DNA of 64,000 nt from Neocallimastix sp. 'constans' (lineage: Eukaryota), in assembly GCA_050613775.1 (NCBI GenBank), contig JBODTK010000014.1:1178001-1242000 (forward strand), in the 5' to 3' direction. Position numbers and translations under genes: made by a program. Shown piece after piece: positions 1-14,957 of the stretch (positions are counted from its first letter, which is position 1; each line of letters begins with the position of its first letter). The notes beneath the pieces are model-generated. The model was given only the letters and a program-made list of their open reading frames with translations. It ran no database searches and was not told the origin of the DNA.

Positions 1-2029
1 ATTTAATGTTGAAATTTTTTTTTTAAATTTTAAAGAAATACTTAGCTTTCATATGGATTAATTGGTTGAGACTGAGACTCTTAATTTGTCAAAAATATCG
101 TATTAAGAAACACTTAAACAAACTATGATAAACACAATAGTAATTATATATGGATCAATAGTTCTTCTAAGAAAAGTATTTTATTTTAACATATTTATAA
201 CAGTATAAAATTTTATTTTTAAATTTTTATTTTTTAAGTACAAGATATATTTTATAAATAATAATTTCATGATTTTTTTATACTTTTCATTTTAAATATT
301 AATATAAGTAATTGGTAATTATTTATATTAAAAATAGATTAATTAAATTAATTATTATTTTGACAATTTTAAACATTAAATATTCTATATTCATTTGATT
401 TGTAATATTTATATTTTTTTAATATAATTTTTAATTTTTATATTTAGTTTTAAATTTCAATTCTTTAATTTATGATAAGTTTTTAAAATTATATTAATTT
501 AACATTTATTTATATTAAATCTAAAATTTGTTTATCAAATGAATTTTAACAAATATAAAAAGTATTAATGTTTAATTATTTTAATATTATTATATTATAC
601 AATGCTAAAGAATAATAATTTTTACGATATTAATTATGTATTATATATAATAATATTATATTAAAAATATTTTATAATAATTTTAACAATTTTTTTTAAA
701 TAATTATAATTTTATTTAATAAAGATTAATAATAATTTTTTATTTGATAAAAATTAATTACTATTTTTTACAGTTGATTATTTATTACTATTATTCTTAA
801 TTTACAAAATTAGATTTTGTATAAGTGAATAAAAGTATAAATACGAAATAAAATAAGATTAAAAATTTAAATAAAAATATTTTATTAGAAACCCTAAAAT
901 TCTTTTATAAGAAACTTTGATTTAATTTTAAAATTTATAATTTTATTTATTTAATTATTAATTTTTATATAAATTAATAAAGAAAATTGATTATTAAAAC
1001 TGATAAACTAAATAATAAAACATTTATTATTTAAATTAATTTATAGAATTAAATAATAAAAAATTTGATTATTAAAACTAATACTAATTTATCTAAAATT
1101 TTAGTAATGAAAAAACTAATAAACTATTATTTATTATTTATTACATATACTAAATTATCTAATATTTTAATAATTAAGTATAATTTTAAGAAATATTCAC
1201 AAGTTTTTATATTATTATTTAAACTATTTACACTAAACAATAAAATAAATAAAAGAATTAATTGTGATAAACATTTACAAATATTAAAAAAATGAAGTTA
1301 TTTTAAAAATAATTAAAATTGAAGTTATAAAATAAATAAATATTATTATAAAAAATTTAAAGTAATTTTAAAACTATGTAATTATAAGATTTTAGAATTT
1401 TTTTTGTTTATAAATATTGTTTATAAAAGTTTATATAAAAAATTATTTATTAATTGTTTACAAGTTTATTATTTTATTTATTTAAATTTTATTAATATAA
1501 AAAATATTAATTATTAATTTATTTTAGTTTTTAATTAAAATAGCTAATGATTAATTAGATTATTATTATTTTTAATTTAATTTAATTTTATATAATTAAA
1601 TTTTTAGAATGGATTTCTGTTTTAAAAGAATTAATTTATTGGATTAAGTTAAATAAGAATTTGCTATTTATTAATCATTTTGAATTTATAATTTCATTGT
1701 TTATCATTGTAGATATAAAGAATTAATTAAAAATATATAAATATATTAATAATTAATTCTTTCTATAATTAATAATAAGTATATTATTAATTGAGAAAAA
1801 AATAAAAAATAAAAATGAAAGTGAAAATTTATTTAAATTTATTTGAGTCTATTATTAAATTATAATAAGCAACACCAAAAATTAATATTGAATGTGTTAA
1901 AAATTTGTTTTGTTATAAAACTATTTTATTAAAAGTATTTTTAAAATATCTTGTGGTAATTATTATAATTTCTTATAATAATAATTCTTGATTATTTTTA
2001 CAAGAAAAAGATATTATTTTATGAATGAG

Positions 2030-2155
2030 CTATCTAAAAAGCTTTCCTATAGCTGTTTGAAGTTTTGGAAGTGAGAGAGAGAATGAACTACCTCTTGGAA
2101 TTACTGAAAATCTACATTTACATCAAGTATTTCATATTTCCCGACTAGAGATTTA
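2030..2155 (+). pseudogene. Ty3/gypsy integrase C-terminal (GPY/F region) remnant
   Basis: ttacatcaagtatttcatatttcccgactagag translates LHQVFHISRLE, matching the HPVFHVSxL motif; no open frame around it. Confidence 0.55.
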
Positions 2156-4139
2156 AACAAAAAAAAAAGAAATCCTGAACTAGAGGATGCATAATTATTA
2201 CTTTAAAAAATTTATTTAAATCAAAATAAATTGTATTGATAAATTTATTAATGTTTTTATTATTTTTGGAAGTAAATTTAATATAACTTTTATATTATTG
2301 TTTTTTTTGTTGATGTTCTTTTTTCTTATTAAAGTCGGTTATTAACGTTTTTCTGATTAATTATTATAATTGATTTTATTTAATAACACAATGATCAAAA
2401 TCTTTCCAGCTTTTTCTTCTAATTTTTTTCTGAAAAGAATTTTAATTAAGAATCGAAAAGCATTTATTTTTTAAAAAAATATAAAATAGTTATTGATTTT
2501 TTTCTTTAAAAATTCAAAAGCTATTATTAAAATAAGAAATAAAATATATAAAACATTTTAGTAAATATAAAATAAATATTTTTTAAATAAAATTTAATAA
2601 TAAAAATTGAAATATTTCAATAATAAAACCATTTTATACACTTTTATAATATAAATTTTATTATTCTTTTTTCATATTTTCAGCTCAAAAGTTTAAGAGA
2701 TTTTTTTATAATAAACTCTATTTTATAGATAAGTATTAAATTCTTATTTTTATTGTTGTTTTATTTAATATTAATAGTTTTATTTATATTAATTAGAGAT
2801 AATAATTTCTATAAACAATAGAAATTATTATATTAAATTGCTCCTGTATAAAGGAAAAATAAGTAATTTTTTAAATGACACAATAATTTAATAATAAAAA
2901 GAAATAACTATAATAAATATGTTTTATAAAGAACTTTTTATTAGTTATATAAGAAAAAGAATTACATTTAAAAATAATATAATATAAATAATAATTAAAC
3001 TATATATAAATTATTTATCATAAAAAATTTTTTCAATGCATCAAATTCTAATTGACTCCTAATTCATACTTTATTATTCATTATTTATTAATCACATCTC
3101 TTTTGTTATTGATTTTACACCTATTTATTCTTTTTTTAAAAGCTAAATCGGTGAGTTTTCAAAAATATTTTAAAATTTAATAAAATATTTAAACAGAATT
3201 GAAATTAATAATATAATTTTAATTGTTATTTTAATAAATAATTCATATTAATATATTTTAAAATATTATTTATAAATATAACTAATATTAAAAGAAATCT
3301 ATCTCCTCATTTTATACAGAAATATTAGTAATAGAAATTGTGGTAAAATAGGAATACAAATATTTTAGATTATTTGAATTATAATTTAAATTGTTAATAT
3401 AAATTTAATATTATTAATCTTATTGCATAATATAATATTGTTTTATTAATACTTATTAATAATTATGGACGTAATAATTTTTAGAATATAGGAAAGTTTT
3501 ATAAATATAAGAAAACAATAAATTTATTTTATGTGTTAAGTTGGATTAGATATACTTAAATAATAATTTTTGTTCATTTCTTATAAAAATATTAGAAATA
3601 TTATTAATGATATTGGTGTTAGTAACTATTGCCAAGAATCAACCTATTTAGGATTCGATTTGAACATATTGTTATTATTTTATGATTTTATTTTTAAATA
3701 TTTAGATTTCTTATACTTCAAGATATTACTAGAATTTCCTAATAATTTTTATATTTAATTGAATAAGTTGTACTTTATTCTATTTCTATTTCTTGTTTTT
3801 TTTATTTCTACTAAAAAATTCGAATTTAAGAACTTTTTAGAAAATTTTATTCTTTATGTTTGGTAATTTTAACTTTTCCAAAAAAATATAAATATGAGTA
3901 ATATTTTAATAATATAAATATACTTTTTTCTTTGTGTTTTATTTTTAATTTTTATTCAATAATAAAACTTAATTTTTATTAAAACCTTTTATTAAATCTT
4001 AATACTCTGTCAACCCATTCGATTTATAGTATTATAATAAATAAATAAATAAATTAAAAATAATAAATATAATAATGAAAAGAACAAATTATAACTTTTT
4101 TATATTTATTATTATTTATAATTATTATTAATATAGTTG

Positions 4140-5524
4140 AAACTATATTAAGCTAATTTAGAAAAACGCCTGCGAAACTCCTAATTATACTCCCTCCAAT
4201 ATTAACAATAAAATACAATTAGAAATAATTTTCCACAAGGAAATCGACTACTCACATTTTAAAGTTTTTGATGTAGAATTTTTCTTTTATTACCCAGAAT
4301 TTTTTCTCTTCAAATTTAACAATGCATTGTCATGTATATTCTTAAGTTAGTATCCTTATTATTCTATTTATAAATTTTTAAATTTATCTATTAACAAATT
4401 TAAATCTTAATAAACCTTAAAATTCTTTAAAGACTATCCCGATATTTCAAAGTTTCTTCATTTATTCCCAAAGAATTTTCAAAATTTATCCAAAATTCAG
4501 AAATCTGAAAGGGCAATATTCTTAGCAACAATAATTCAAACGCATTCTATAATTCAAATTAATTTCTTTTATTTCAGGGAAAGAACTTTAATATTAATTA
4601 CCAAACTTAACTAAATACTTTATATATAAGACAGTAATAATAATATTAATACCAACAATTACAACAATCTATTGGTTGTAAACACAAATAATAATAACAA
4701 AAATTTAGTCAACAATAAGCCTAATATAAAGCAAACACATTGACTCACAAAATGTGGAACAATAATAAATTGAACAAAATATTATTGATGCTAAAATTCA
4801 GAAGATTACTTAGTGAACTTGGCGTTAATGTAAGAGAATACAATTATAAGAATATTTCATGTACACTACTTTTAATGGGAAAGAATTTGGAAGAAAACAG
4901 AGTTAAAAATCAAATTAAATCTCTTTTCAATATAAATGATCTTGAAAACATTTATTTCGTAATTGAAACAAAATTCGGTAAACACATCAATGAATATATA
5001 ATACATCAAAATAATATGTAAAGGGATTCTTGAACAAATTCTATTTAAATATTAGATAATTTCTCCGACTATAAGGAACCTTAAACCTATAAAAGATACA
5101 GACTTAAAGAAAAAAGGGTTTGATGAAACGGAATACCCAAATACAGTTAGATATTTACTATACATAGCCATATGCAAGAAGTCTGATATTTTGCTTTAAA
5201 CAAAGCTGTAAGGAAAAAAAACATAGGAAGATTGGGAAAACGTTAAAAGGATACTCAAATACCTGAAATGAATACAAAATTATGGTTTAAAATTCTCAAA
5301 CGAAGGTATATTAAAGGTCTATGTGGATGCTGATTATACAGTGGACATTGAAACGAGAAGGGCCACTTTTGGTTATTTGATGATAATTGTTCAACTAGCT
5401 GGTACTCCAGATTACAAAAAATGTGTAGTAAACTCAACTGCATAAAGGGAGTATTATAGCATAAGGTGACAACTATCCTATATAATAAATCCAACTATAA
5501 TAAAATTTGATTTGAGGGGGAGAA
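4140..5524 (+). pseudogene. Decayed Ty1/copia pol fragment (integrase end, RT, RNase H start) ending in a PPT
   Basis: IDYSHFKVF, WNNNKLNKILL, LLYIAIC and YVDADY-like segments similar to the copia at 14958-19825; PPT gagggggagaa at about 5513-5524; many stops and frameshifts. Confidence 0.75.
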
Positions 5525-5789
5525 TTAAATATGAAATCACACAAATATTATAAGCATTTATATATACATAATCAATAGAAATAAATATTGATTTTTATAA
5601 ATACGAGATATACTATTATAAAATTTTTTCTCTGAATAAGAAATAAATCTAAAAACTATATAATTATAATTTTATTATATTTTCTTAATCTAGTGTCTAT
5701 TTTGTGTTTTCTTAAAATAATTAAAATTAATTAAAAATAATTAGAAACAATTAAAAATAATTAGAAACAATTAAAAATAATTAAAAAAA

Positions 5790-8700
5790 TACAATTTCTT
5801 TCTTTTGAAATTATCTTCATATAATGACTCAAGTTCAGATACGTGAATGATTGGGTAAATTTTTATATTTTTTTGAAAAATCAATTTTGTAAGTTACTGG
5901 GGAAATTTTTTCAATAATTTTATAAGGTTCTAATTTTCTTGGTTTTAATTTAATTCAAATTAGAAGGGAACTATTAACCCATACTTTGTCGTTGACTTTG
6001 AATTACGGGTTGTGTTTAATAGCGAATTTTTCTTTTTTGCTAATTACTTGTTTTAAGTTTTCTTTTAATTCTTAGAAAGGTAGAAAGGTTCTGATAAGTT
6101 TGTGAATTCTTTTAGGCGAGGAACATCGATAGAATTTGGTATAACTGGAGAGAAAGGGTATTATTACCATAATTTATATTGAAAAGTGAATTCTTTAGCT
6201 ATTCTTGAACTGAATTGTTATAACGGAATTCTGCAAGGAATAGATAATTATGCCGATTTGACTCTTTGAAGATTGAATATTATCCGAGAAATTGTTCAAC
6301 ATTAAGTTTACCCTCTACGTTAAGTAGTTAGATTGTGTAAAGATTTAATAAAATCTTTAATAATTAATTATATAATAATTAATTAATGTAATAAAATTAC
6401 ATAAATTTATGAATCTCGTATACGAAAATTTATTATAAATTTATATACATATTCTTCAAAAGGAAAAATTATTATTTAAATAATAAATTTAATTTAAATA
6501 ATTTAGTCATTTAGTTTAGTCTATTTAATTTAGTTATTTTATTTAACTTAGTTAATTTAGTTTAGTTAGTTTAAAATGCCTTAAAATTAATTTCAAGTTT
6601 TAAATAGTTAAAATTAGTTTAAATAGCTTATAAAAATAGTTTTGAATTGTAAATATATAAACATTAGTATTAATAATATTTATATAACAAATGGATAATA
6701 AATGAGTTCTTATTGGATTTAATTATTATTGTTAATAAGTTGAAAGTTTATTGAATTAATTATTGTTTAATTTTAGTTAATTATTATTTAATAAAATTAA
6801 TAAATATTTTGTTTAAAAATAGATAGTAACATATACAAATTAGATAGGAATAATATATTATAATGTAAGCATAAAAAATGTAAATACATGCAAATTTTAT
6901 TACTTAAATTATTGTATTAGTTATTAATTATTATATTATTAATAATATAGTAGAATTTAATGAATGTTTATAATGAAAAAGATTGATATTAAAAGTAAAT
7001 TTTATTAAGTTTTTTTTTAATTGTTATAATCTGTTTCTATAATCTGTTTCATAGAAAAAACTTGACAGTTTGATAGTGAAATAGAGAGGAAAGTTTTAAT
7101 GAAATTTTAATGGTTTTACAAAGAGAAGTCCAGAAATTAGAAGTGAACTGTGTACTTCTCTCGGAAAAAATTATATTTTTTAGTCGATAAAGTTTGAAAA
7201 TGTGAGTCATAAATGCTTTTGCACTGTCTTCTGAAGAAGGAACATTAAAAAAAGGGATGAAATGACCCATTTTGGTAAATCTGTTAATTACAACAAAAAT
7301 ACAAGAATAACCATTAAAAGGATGGAAATTAGTGATAAAATCCATTAATCCATTGATAGCTAAGTCCAATGTCTGTCAGGAATTTCAATCGGGTTTAAAA
7401 GTCCATAAAGTTTGTGTCTAGAGTCTTTTGAACGACAATAGATTTCACAAGATCTTATATTATCTTTGATATCCCTTTGAAGAGATGACCACCAAAAGTT
7501 GCGATTGATTAAAGAGAAAGTTTTATTGAAACCAAAATGATCAGCCGAGGGAGATTCACGGAAAATGTTTAAAAATGAGGATTGTCAATTAGAGGGAACA
7601 TATATTTTTCCTTTAAATAGTAGGATGTTATTGCTTAAGGAAAAATTATTTGATTTAGAAAAATTTTGTTTAGAATTAAGTATTTTTCTTTCCTGTATTC
7701 CTGAAGTATTTGGCCATTTAATGATGCTAAAGAAGAGATAGCACAAAAGTTTTCTAGTTTAAGGATATTGAATGAATATTAAAGAATAATTCTTCTTCAT
7801 TTGTAGCATAATCTGGTAGATGAGAAAGTACATTAGGTTTACCATTTGCAGATCCGACAATGTATGAATTCTGATAGAAAGAGAGCCTAACGAATAATTT
7901 TTTGTGACATTTTCTCAGATTTCTTTTTATACAAGAGATTACGATGGTCAGAGAAAATGGTAAATGGAATTGAAGTTTCTTTTAAAAGATGTTTCCATTG
8001 TTCTAAGGCTTCAATGATTGCTAAAAGCTCTTTATTGTCGACTGGGTAGTTTTTCTCAGCATCAGAGAGTGATCTTGAAAATAATGCAATAGAATGAGTT
8101 TTATTAAACTTATGTGATTTTTATGAAAGAATAGAGCCAATTGCGAAGTTACTGCTATCTTTTCTACAAGGGAGGGAAGGTCGCAATTTGGAAATGCGAG
8201 TACTAGAGTAGATGAAAATTTAGATTTTATTTCGTTGAATGTTTTTTAAGTATCTAATGACCAAACTTTGCATTTTTCTTTAGAAGAGAATGAAGAGGAT
8301 GAGCCAATATGGTGAATCCAGGAATAAAACGTTAATGGTAGTAACCAAGTCCTAAAAATGATTGGAGTTGTTTCTCAATAGTATGAGATGGACATTCAAG
8401 AATAGAGGAAGCCTTTTTTAGATCAATGATTATTATATTTTAAAGCTATTGAAACGGTTTCACCAATAATTAATTGATCGCTTCCAATTTCTGATACATT
8501 AGGAAGGTTATAATTAGTAGAGTGAGGAATACTGTTTTATTTTGCAAAGTCCACATCCATTAAATTGAGTTGAGAGCCACAGTCCGAAAGAATTTTAAAT
8601 TTTAATTTTTATAGAAATATTAGAGTCACTAAGAGTGAACTCAAAAATTTGAATCTTTATTTTTGTTTCAAAGAGAGCATTTATCAAGGAGATGGTCGTC

Positions 8701-9480
8701 AGATCCACAATAGTCACAAAGATTTTCTTTTCTTCTTCTTTCTTTTTCTTCGTTAGATAAAGGACCTCAAATATTAAATTTGAAAGGTTTTTTTCATTAT
8801 TTTGTCTTCTATTTTTATTGTTTCAAACATTATTATTTTTGTTATTATTATTAGATATGCATTGCGGATTAGGGAATTGTCTATGAGCAGCGATATGACT
8901 ATCTAATCTAGAAGTAATAGTTTATTATGCTAAAAGAGATCTAGGACCTGGAAACATTTCACATATTTTAGTAGTAATTTAATCATTTAATCCATTGAGA
9001 AAAGCATCCATTTTGGCTTTTTCATTCCATGAAAATTCGTCAGAATATCTATTGAATTCAAGAATGAAGTTTGTTATTTCACTGATATGTTTTTGTTTTA
9101 TTGTTTTCAGTTTCTGGTTGGAGATGAAGGTGTGTCATAGCTCTCAAATATTACTTTAAATATTTCGATAATTGATGATAATTATTTAAGCATGGCTAAT
9201 TATTTTCAATTAGAAGCAACCCAGTTCATTAATAAGCCGAAAGTCTAGATATAATATATAATATTTTAATTGGATCATGAATCTTTCGGGATCATACATG
9301 AATATTAAATTCATTTTGGCTAATAATTCTTTAAAATATTGACGATCTCCAGCGAATCCATCTTTATTTGTACCACTGGCATTTAAAAAGGTATCTTCTT
9401 CCATTTTCTTGTTTTGTTAAGTAAAGCTTAAATAATTATTTAGGGATTAAAGACTTTTATTTAAGGTAATTACAATTTAA
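5790..9480 (-). mobile_element. Decayed Ty3/gypsy (Tf1/sushi-like) element: gag, partial RT/RNase H, integrase
   Basis: ORF 7049-7369 is an integrase core (MDFITNF...RFTKMGHFIP...QFTSNFW); RNase H DSSNFAIG-like and ELLAIIEALEQWKHLL segments near 7980-8160; HVSELE near 5830; gag-like ORF 9210-9404. Confidence 0.8.
6336..7037 (+). mobile_element. Truncated LTR inserted in the gypsy remnant
   Basis: Starts tgtaaagatttaataaaatctttaata, the reverse complement of the terminus at 11811; shares attgttataatctgttt with about 11265-11282. Confidence 0.55.
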
Positions 9481-11061
9481 ATTTCCCTTTTAATGCCTTA
9501 CAACTATCGAATAATCGGAAAAAGCTACTAAATTAGAGGTTATACTGAACCTCAAAATAAAATTAAAGACTATTTAATTTCAGTATTAACATATCAAAAA
9601 AACAATATATTCATTAACTTAGATTATTATTAAAATTTATCTAAAATGTTGTACATGTTCACTTAATTTTACAATAAAATTTATCTAATGAGTTGTGTAT
9701 TTATTCATTTAAATATTTTATATAAGATAAAATATTTTCATCCATATAAATATGTTAATAAGATAAAATATTTTCATCCACATAAATATGTTTATAAGAT
9801 ATATCTAAAATAATATTTTAGTCCACTTATATTTATTATGTGAATTAATTTAAATAATATTTATTAATTTATTTATTAATAATTGTTACTGTTTTTATTG
9901 AGAATATTAAAAGGCATCCAAAAAATATAAGTAGAATTACAAAGAAGGAATTCAATGGTTGGAAGAGGTTTTTTTTTGAAAAATATTTAGTAAAAATCCA
10001 AGGAAGAATTAAAGATAAAATTGTTCTATAATTTTGAATAAGTAAGGGACTACAAAAAGTAGAAAAATTAGAAGAAAGGAGAGATCAGATCCAAAAACAA
10101 TTTTAGAAGAAGTAATCCGGAATTAGATATTTATTTAGAGATTATATAATAAGAATCGGTAGCCCAAAATATTGAAATGGAGGATTCCAATTAGTGAGTT
10201 GAAATGTGGAATGAAGAACAAAACGAAAAATTTTCTATTCTTTCTTAGTTTCTTTCTTATTTTTAATTTATTTTTATTATTTATTAGAAGTTAGAAGTAA
10301 AGTTTATTGGTGCTTTAATATAATTTAAAGTTAATGATACTGAACAAGCCATTAATTTTAGTTTGTGTTAAAAAATTAATAATGAGTATAATTATTCAAC
10401 TATAATCTAGTGAGAATTTAAATGAGTTCTTAATTAAGAAATAAAATTTATCAATAATCTTAATAATAATAATGATAGCAATAATAATATTTATAAGTTT
10501 GTTATAAATTGGATTATAATGTTGTTGAACAAATGGTTGTTACTAAAAAAAGAAAATGATAAACAAGTTAGAAAGTTAATGATATATTTAAGAACTTTGC
10601 TTTATTTATATTAAAGCAAAGTCGTTGTTTTACTTGGTATCCTTCCTTATTTTTAAAGTTTATTGCCATTAGTAAAATAAATATAATAATAAGTACTTTT
10701 CATTAGTTAAATAAATATAATAATATATAATTATCATTAGTTAAATTAAATTGAATTAACTTTATAACTTTATCAAAATGGTTTAAATCCTTTTGTTTCT
10801 ATATTCTAAATATTCCTTAAATTTATTTTTATGATAAAAATCGAATTTTAAATGAAATTGACAATAACGAAATTTAATTTCAATTCATCTATTAGTGAAT
10901 TTCAATTTCAAATCCACTAAAATTCATAATATTATTTAAATTTATTATTAGTTTATTAAGAGACTAATTAAACTTGATAAACCTTTTACAATAAATAGAC
11001 AAAGAGTATCTATGATCTGGTGGTAATAAACAATGACGATCAAGATGAACTCCCTGTGTCA

Positions 11062-11811
11062 GACTCACACTCTACCAATCTTTAATAAAACTGAATTTCC
11101 ATTTCATTTTGTTAGTCGAAACTTAAAGAAAGACGAAAAGAACTATTCAATAACCAAGCAAGAGGATTACTCTGGGTTCTACCGTATTATGAAATTTAAA
11201 TCGTACATATCGTGTAATTAATTGAAACCATATTATGTACTAACTGTATTCAATCCGTCAATTAAAACAGATTATAACAATAAAAAACACCTATACAATT
11301 TAAACAAATAAAAATAAGTAAATTCTTTTATTAATAAATTCTTTTATTAATTATAAATTTCTTTTATGTTATTAACTGTAAAATAGTAAATTGCTAATAC
11401 ATCGATTTAATTGAGAAAAATTCCATGTATTTATATTTTTTCTTATTATATTATTAATATATGATGTTATTTAATAATATATATAAAGCTATTTATTTAT
11501 AAACAAAAGATTTTTTAATTAATAATTTTATCATTCATTAATTTACTAAAACTAGAATTAATTTATTAAACTATTTATTTTATTTATTATTTTAATACTT
11601 ATAATAATTTCAATTATATATTTAACATCGAAAAATTATTTTTATTAATATTAACTATTTAAAATTATTCCTAAATTAATATTTAACTATTTAAAACTAA
11701 ACTAGGTTAACTAAACCAATTAATTAAATTAAAATTTCATATACATTAAATAAATTAATTGTACGAGAAATTAAACTATTTAATGTATTAAAGATTTATT
11801 AAATCTTTACA
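11062..11811 (-). mobile_element. Degenerate 5' LTR with PBS-like TGGTAGAGTGTGAGTC
   Basis: Minus strand starts TGTAAAG at 11811; same family as 6336; TGG-initiated PBS-like sequence at 11062-11077 just past the inferred LTR end. Confidence 0.5.
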
Positions 11812-12930
11812 ATATCTATAAGCCCTTAGTAGGTATGTTCAAAAATGTCGAACTAAGGAGAAATAATTAACCAATTGGATGTTAGAATTTAGCATAATAA
11901 AGGTTATAATAAGATATGAAAAAGGAAAGAAGAACATAATTGCTGATGCAATGTCGAGATTACCACCCCGAAAAAAAAGAATTAAGATCAGTCGTTGTAT
12001 CTAGTGCTTCATCTTATATAGAGGATTTCATGAATTCAAAAATTAATAAGGAACAATATTATAAAAAGGGAAAAAAAATAAGAAAAGTCATAAAAGATTA
12101 GGAAGAAAGAAATTGATCAAACAGGTCTACCTAGTAGTCCAAGAAGGATATCATAAGACATATACCTCTTCAAGAGAGATAATTACAGACTTATATGACA
12201 AAAAATGTCAAAATATTTATATAAACCTGTCATAAGTGCCAGCTCTACAGATTAAAACCATATCCCCAAGATTTCGAGATTATAGGGATTCCTGCTAAGT
12301 CACCTTTCGTGAAAGTTGGATTTGATTTAATTGGTTCCCTTCCCTTAACAGCTTATATGAATTAGTATATTGTGGATCCAATCGACTATTTTACAAAGTG
12401 GGTAGAAGCCAAACCATTTATCAGAATCTCATCTTCTTATATTATTGAATTCTTAACCGATGTAATTAATCATTATGGAATCCCTGAGGTTCTTGTTATG
12501 GATGATGTCAAACTAAACCAAAGGATTTCTTAACATTCTTAATGTGTATTTACATCCAGCTGATGGAAAAGTCGAAAACAGAAACTAAAAAATAGATAAA
12601 TACTTCAGATTATTAAGTAAAGAAGAAATGAAATGGGACAAGTTATTACCTTCTGCTCTTTGGGCTCTGTGGACTATTAGAAGTGAGAAGACAGGATATA
12701 CTAATTTTGAACTTTTGTAAGGATTCCGAGATACGCAACCTTTCGAACTCTTGGTCAACATAGATAAATAACAATTCGAAGAAACTAAAGAAGAATACTT
12801 TCTAAGAAAATTTATTAGACATCGTAAATGAGTTCAAGAAGCTATCAGAAATATTGAGAACGCTAACCAGCTATAGAGAGATAGAAGAGAATCAGTTAAA
12901 AGAATGAATAAGCACTATAAAGAAAGTGAC
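11812..12930 (+). pseudogene. Ty3/gypsy RNase H end and integrase pseudogene (same clade as G2/G3)
   Basis: NIIADAMSRL, PFVKVGFDLIG, DYFTKWVEA and LLPSALWAL motifs with stops and frameshifts. Confidence 0.85.
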
Positions 12931-12934
12931 ACAT

Positions 12935-13990
12935 AAAAAATCAATTTCAATAGATTTCCAAGGTCTATCAGGAATATCAAGAGGTTACAAAAGACTATAC
13001 ATATTATGTCTAATGACTTTATTTATAGTACAATAATCACATGAATTAACATATCCTGTAATGTCTTCTTGTAATTTTGAGCACAAGTTTCAATTAATTA
13101 ACTTTAAAGTTCTTTTTATACCAAGATGGCCAGAAGTGAGCTATTCATAGTATATTTGTAATATAAGCGAATCAGGAATATAATTAAATTATTATATAAT
13201 ATTAAATTATCTTTTATCTTAAACCTTTTCATTTTCCCAAAGAATTTATACATAGTTATTTTTAATATTTTGTTCACTGAAATATAATTTAATATCATCA
13301 AAGATAGCATCATTTTTAGTAGAATTTATAATTCTTTCCAAAAGGTCATTCACAATACCAACATAACAAAGAACTTCTTTAACTTTTTTAATATTTAGTA
13401 TTTTTTTTAGTTTAATGTTCTCATCACTCTTTATATAATTAAATATTCTTTAGAGACTATCAGGTTTTCCATTTTTTGTGCTTTGTCTATATATAAGTTG
13501 AAGGACATACTTTTAGAAGAATAAGTGCCTTCTATATTGTCTTTGATTACCAACTTTTTCCTCCTTATATATATATTAAATTTCTGTGATAAGTATAGAC
13601 AGTAACTTTGTCTCTAGTGCATAGTAGTAAGAGATGAAGACAATTTAAGAAAAGCATCTCTTATAGCTAACAGTTCTTTTATAGTAATTGTATAATTTAT
13701 TTAAAAACCCTGTAAACTTCTTGAAAAATAGTCAATTGGATGATATTAGCACTTTCATCTTTTTGAGATAAAACTGCACCAATGGCGTAATTACTAGCAT
13801 TACATTCTACAATAAGTGATTTTGTAATATCTAGGTGATGAAGTACTGATTAATCTTTTCTTTAATTCTTAGAAAGATTTTTGTGAAAAATTCTTCCGAA
13901 TGAATTTTATATTATTCTGGTTAAATTGTGGTGATATTTAATTTTGAATTATATTCTTAAGCCACAAGATAAATTTTTAATGTAATAATT
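12935..13990 (-). pseudogene. Ty3/gypsy RNase H/integrase fragment (Tf-like)
   Basis: Minus strand CNASNYAIGAVL (about 13775-13805) and PDRPWKSI (about 12950-12975). Confidence 0.65.
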
Positions 13991-14957
13991 TTTATAAAAT
14001 TTAATTCTGAGAAAATTATTGTTGTAAAATAATTTAAATGAATTAATTAAAGTTTAAAACAAAATAAATTAATAATTTATTTTGTGAAAATTAAGTTTCA
14101 AAATTTAATCATGACTCCTTTAACATTGTTTTTAAATCGAAAATAATTAAAGACTTTACTTATAATATTAAAATAATAAATAGATAATAAATGTACTTAA
14201 TTTTAATTATTTAGTATTTAGTTTAATTAATAATTATATTTTTCTAAATTTAGCTATAGTTTATAAATTTATTATTTAATAAAATTCATTAGGATAATTT
14301 TATATTAAAATATATGTAATTTAAATAAAACAATATATTATCAATGTATTTAGGAAAAGTATAAATAGAAGATACTTTTCACATTTTTTTCTCGATGTAA
14401 TTGTTATTTTAACAAACAACTATTAAATATTAATAAAATATATTTTTAATAAAAAATTTTTTTTTAAATAAAATTTTATTGTATTCTTTTGTTATTGTAA
14501 TCTATTTTAGTATTTTCTTTTACATATGATTAAACGGCACACACATGAATCATAAAATTATGAAACAATAATTTAAAGGTAACAACTTTAGTCAGGGAAT
14601 ATTACGATAACATATAAACAAAATACAATAAAATATAAATTAAACCTAAATAATAGATGGTCAAACTATTGAACAGAATTATATTACATAATTTAAAATT
14701 TTATTAATTTTATATAAACGATAGTCATATTATTGATCATTTTCACAGGAATGATAATAATTTAAGTTTGTTCCTAAAATAATAACAATCAATATCCAGT
14801 GATATACAAAATTTAATATAAATCATAGGACTATTAATAAACCATATAAAAAAGTAAATAAAATTTTTAAAATAAAATACAATTTTTAAACACAATAAAA
14901 ATAATACTACAATTAAAATAAACAAACTCTAAACAACATATTTCAAAATTAATTAAA

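Noticed and set aside
1065..3758. Short ORFs 1065-1295 and 3570-3758 (also 13116, 14743, 45495, 48864)
   Set aside because: Short, compositionally biased, no motifs; several lie inside LTRs
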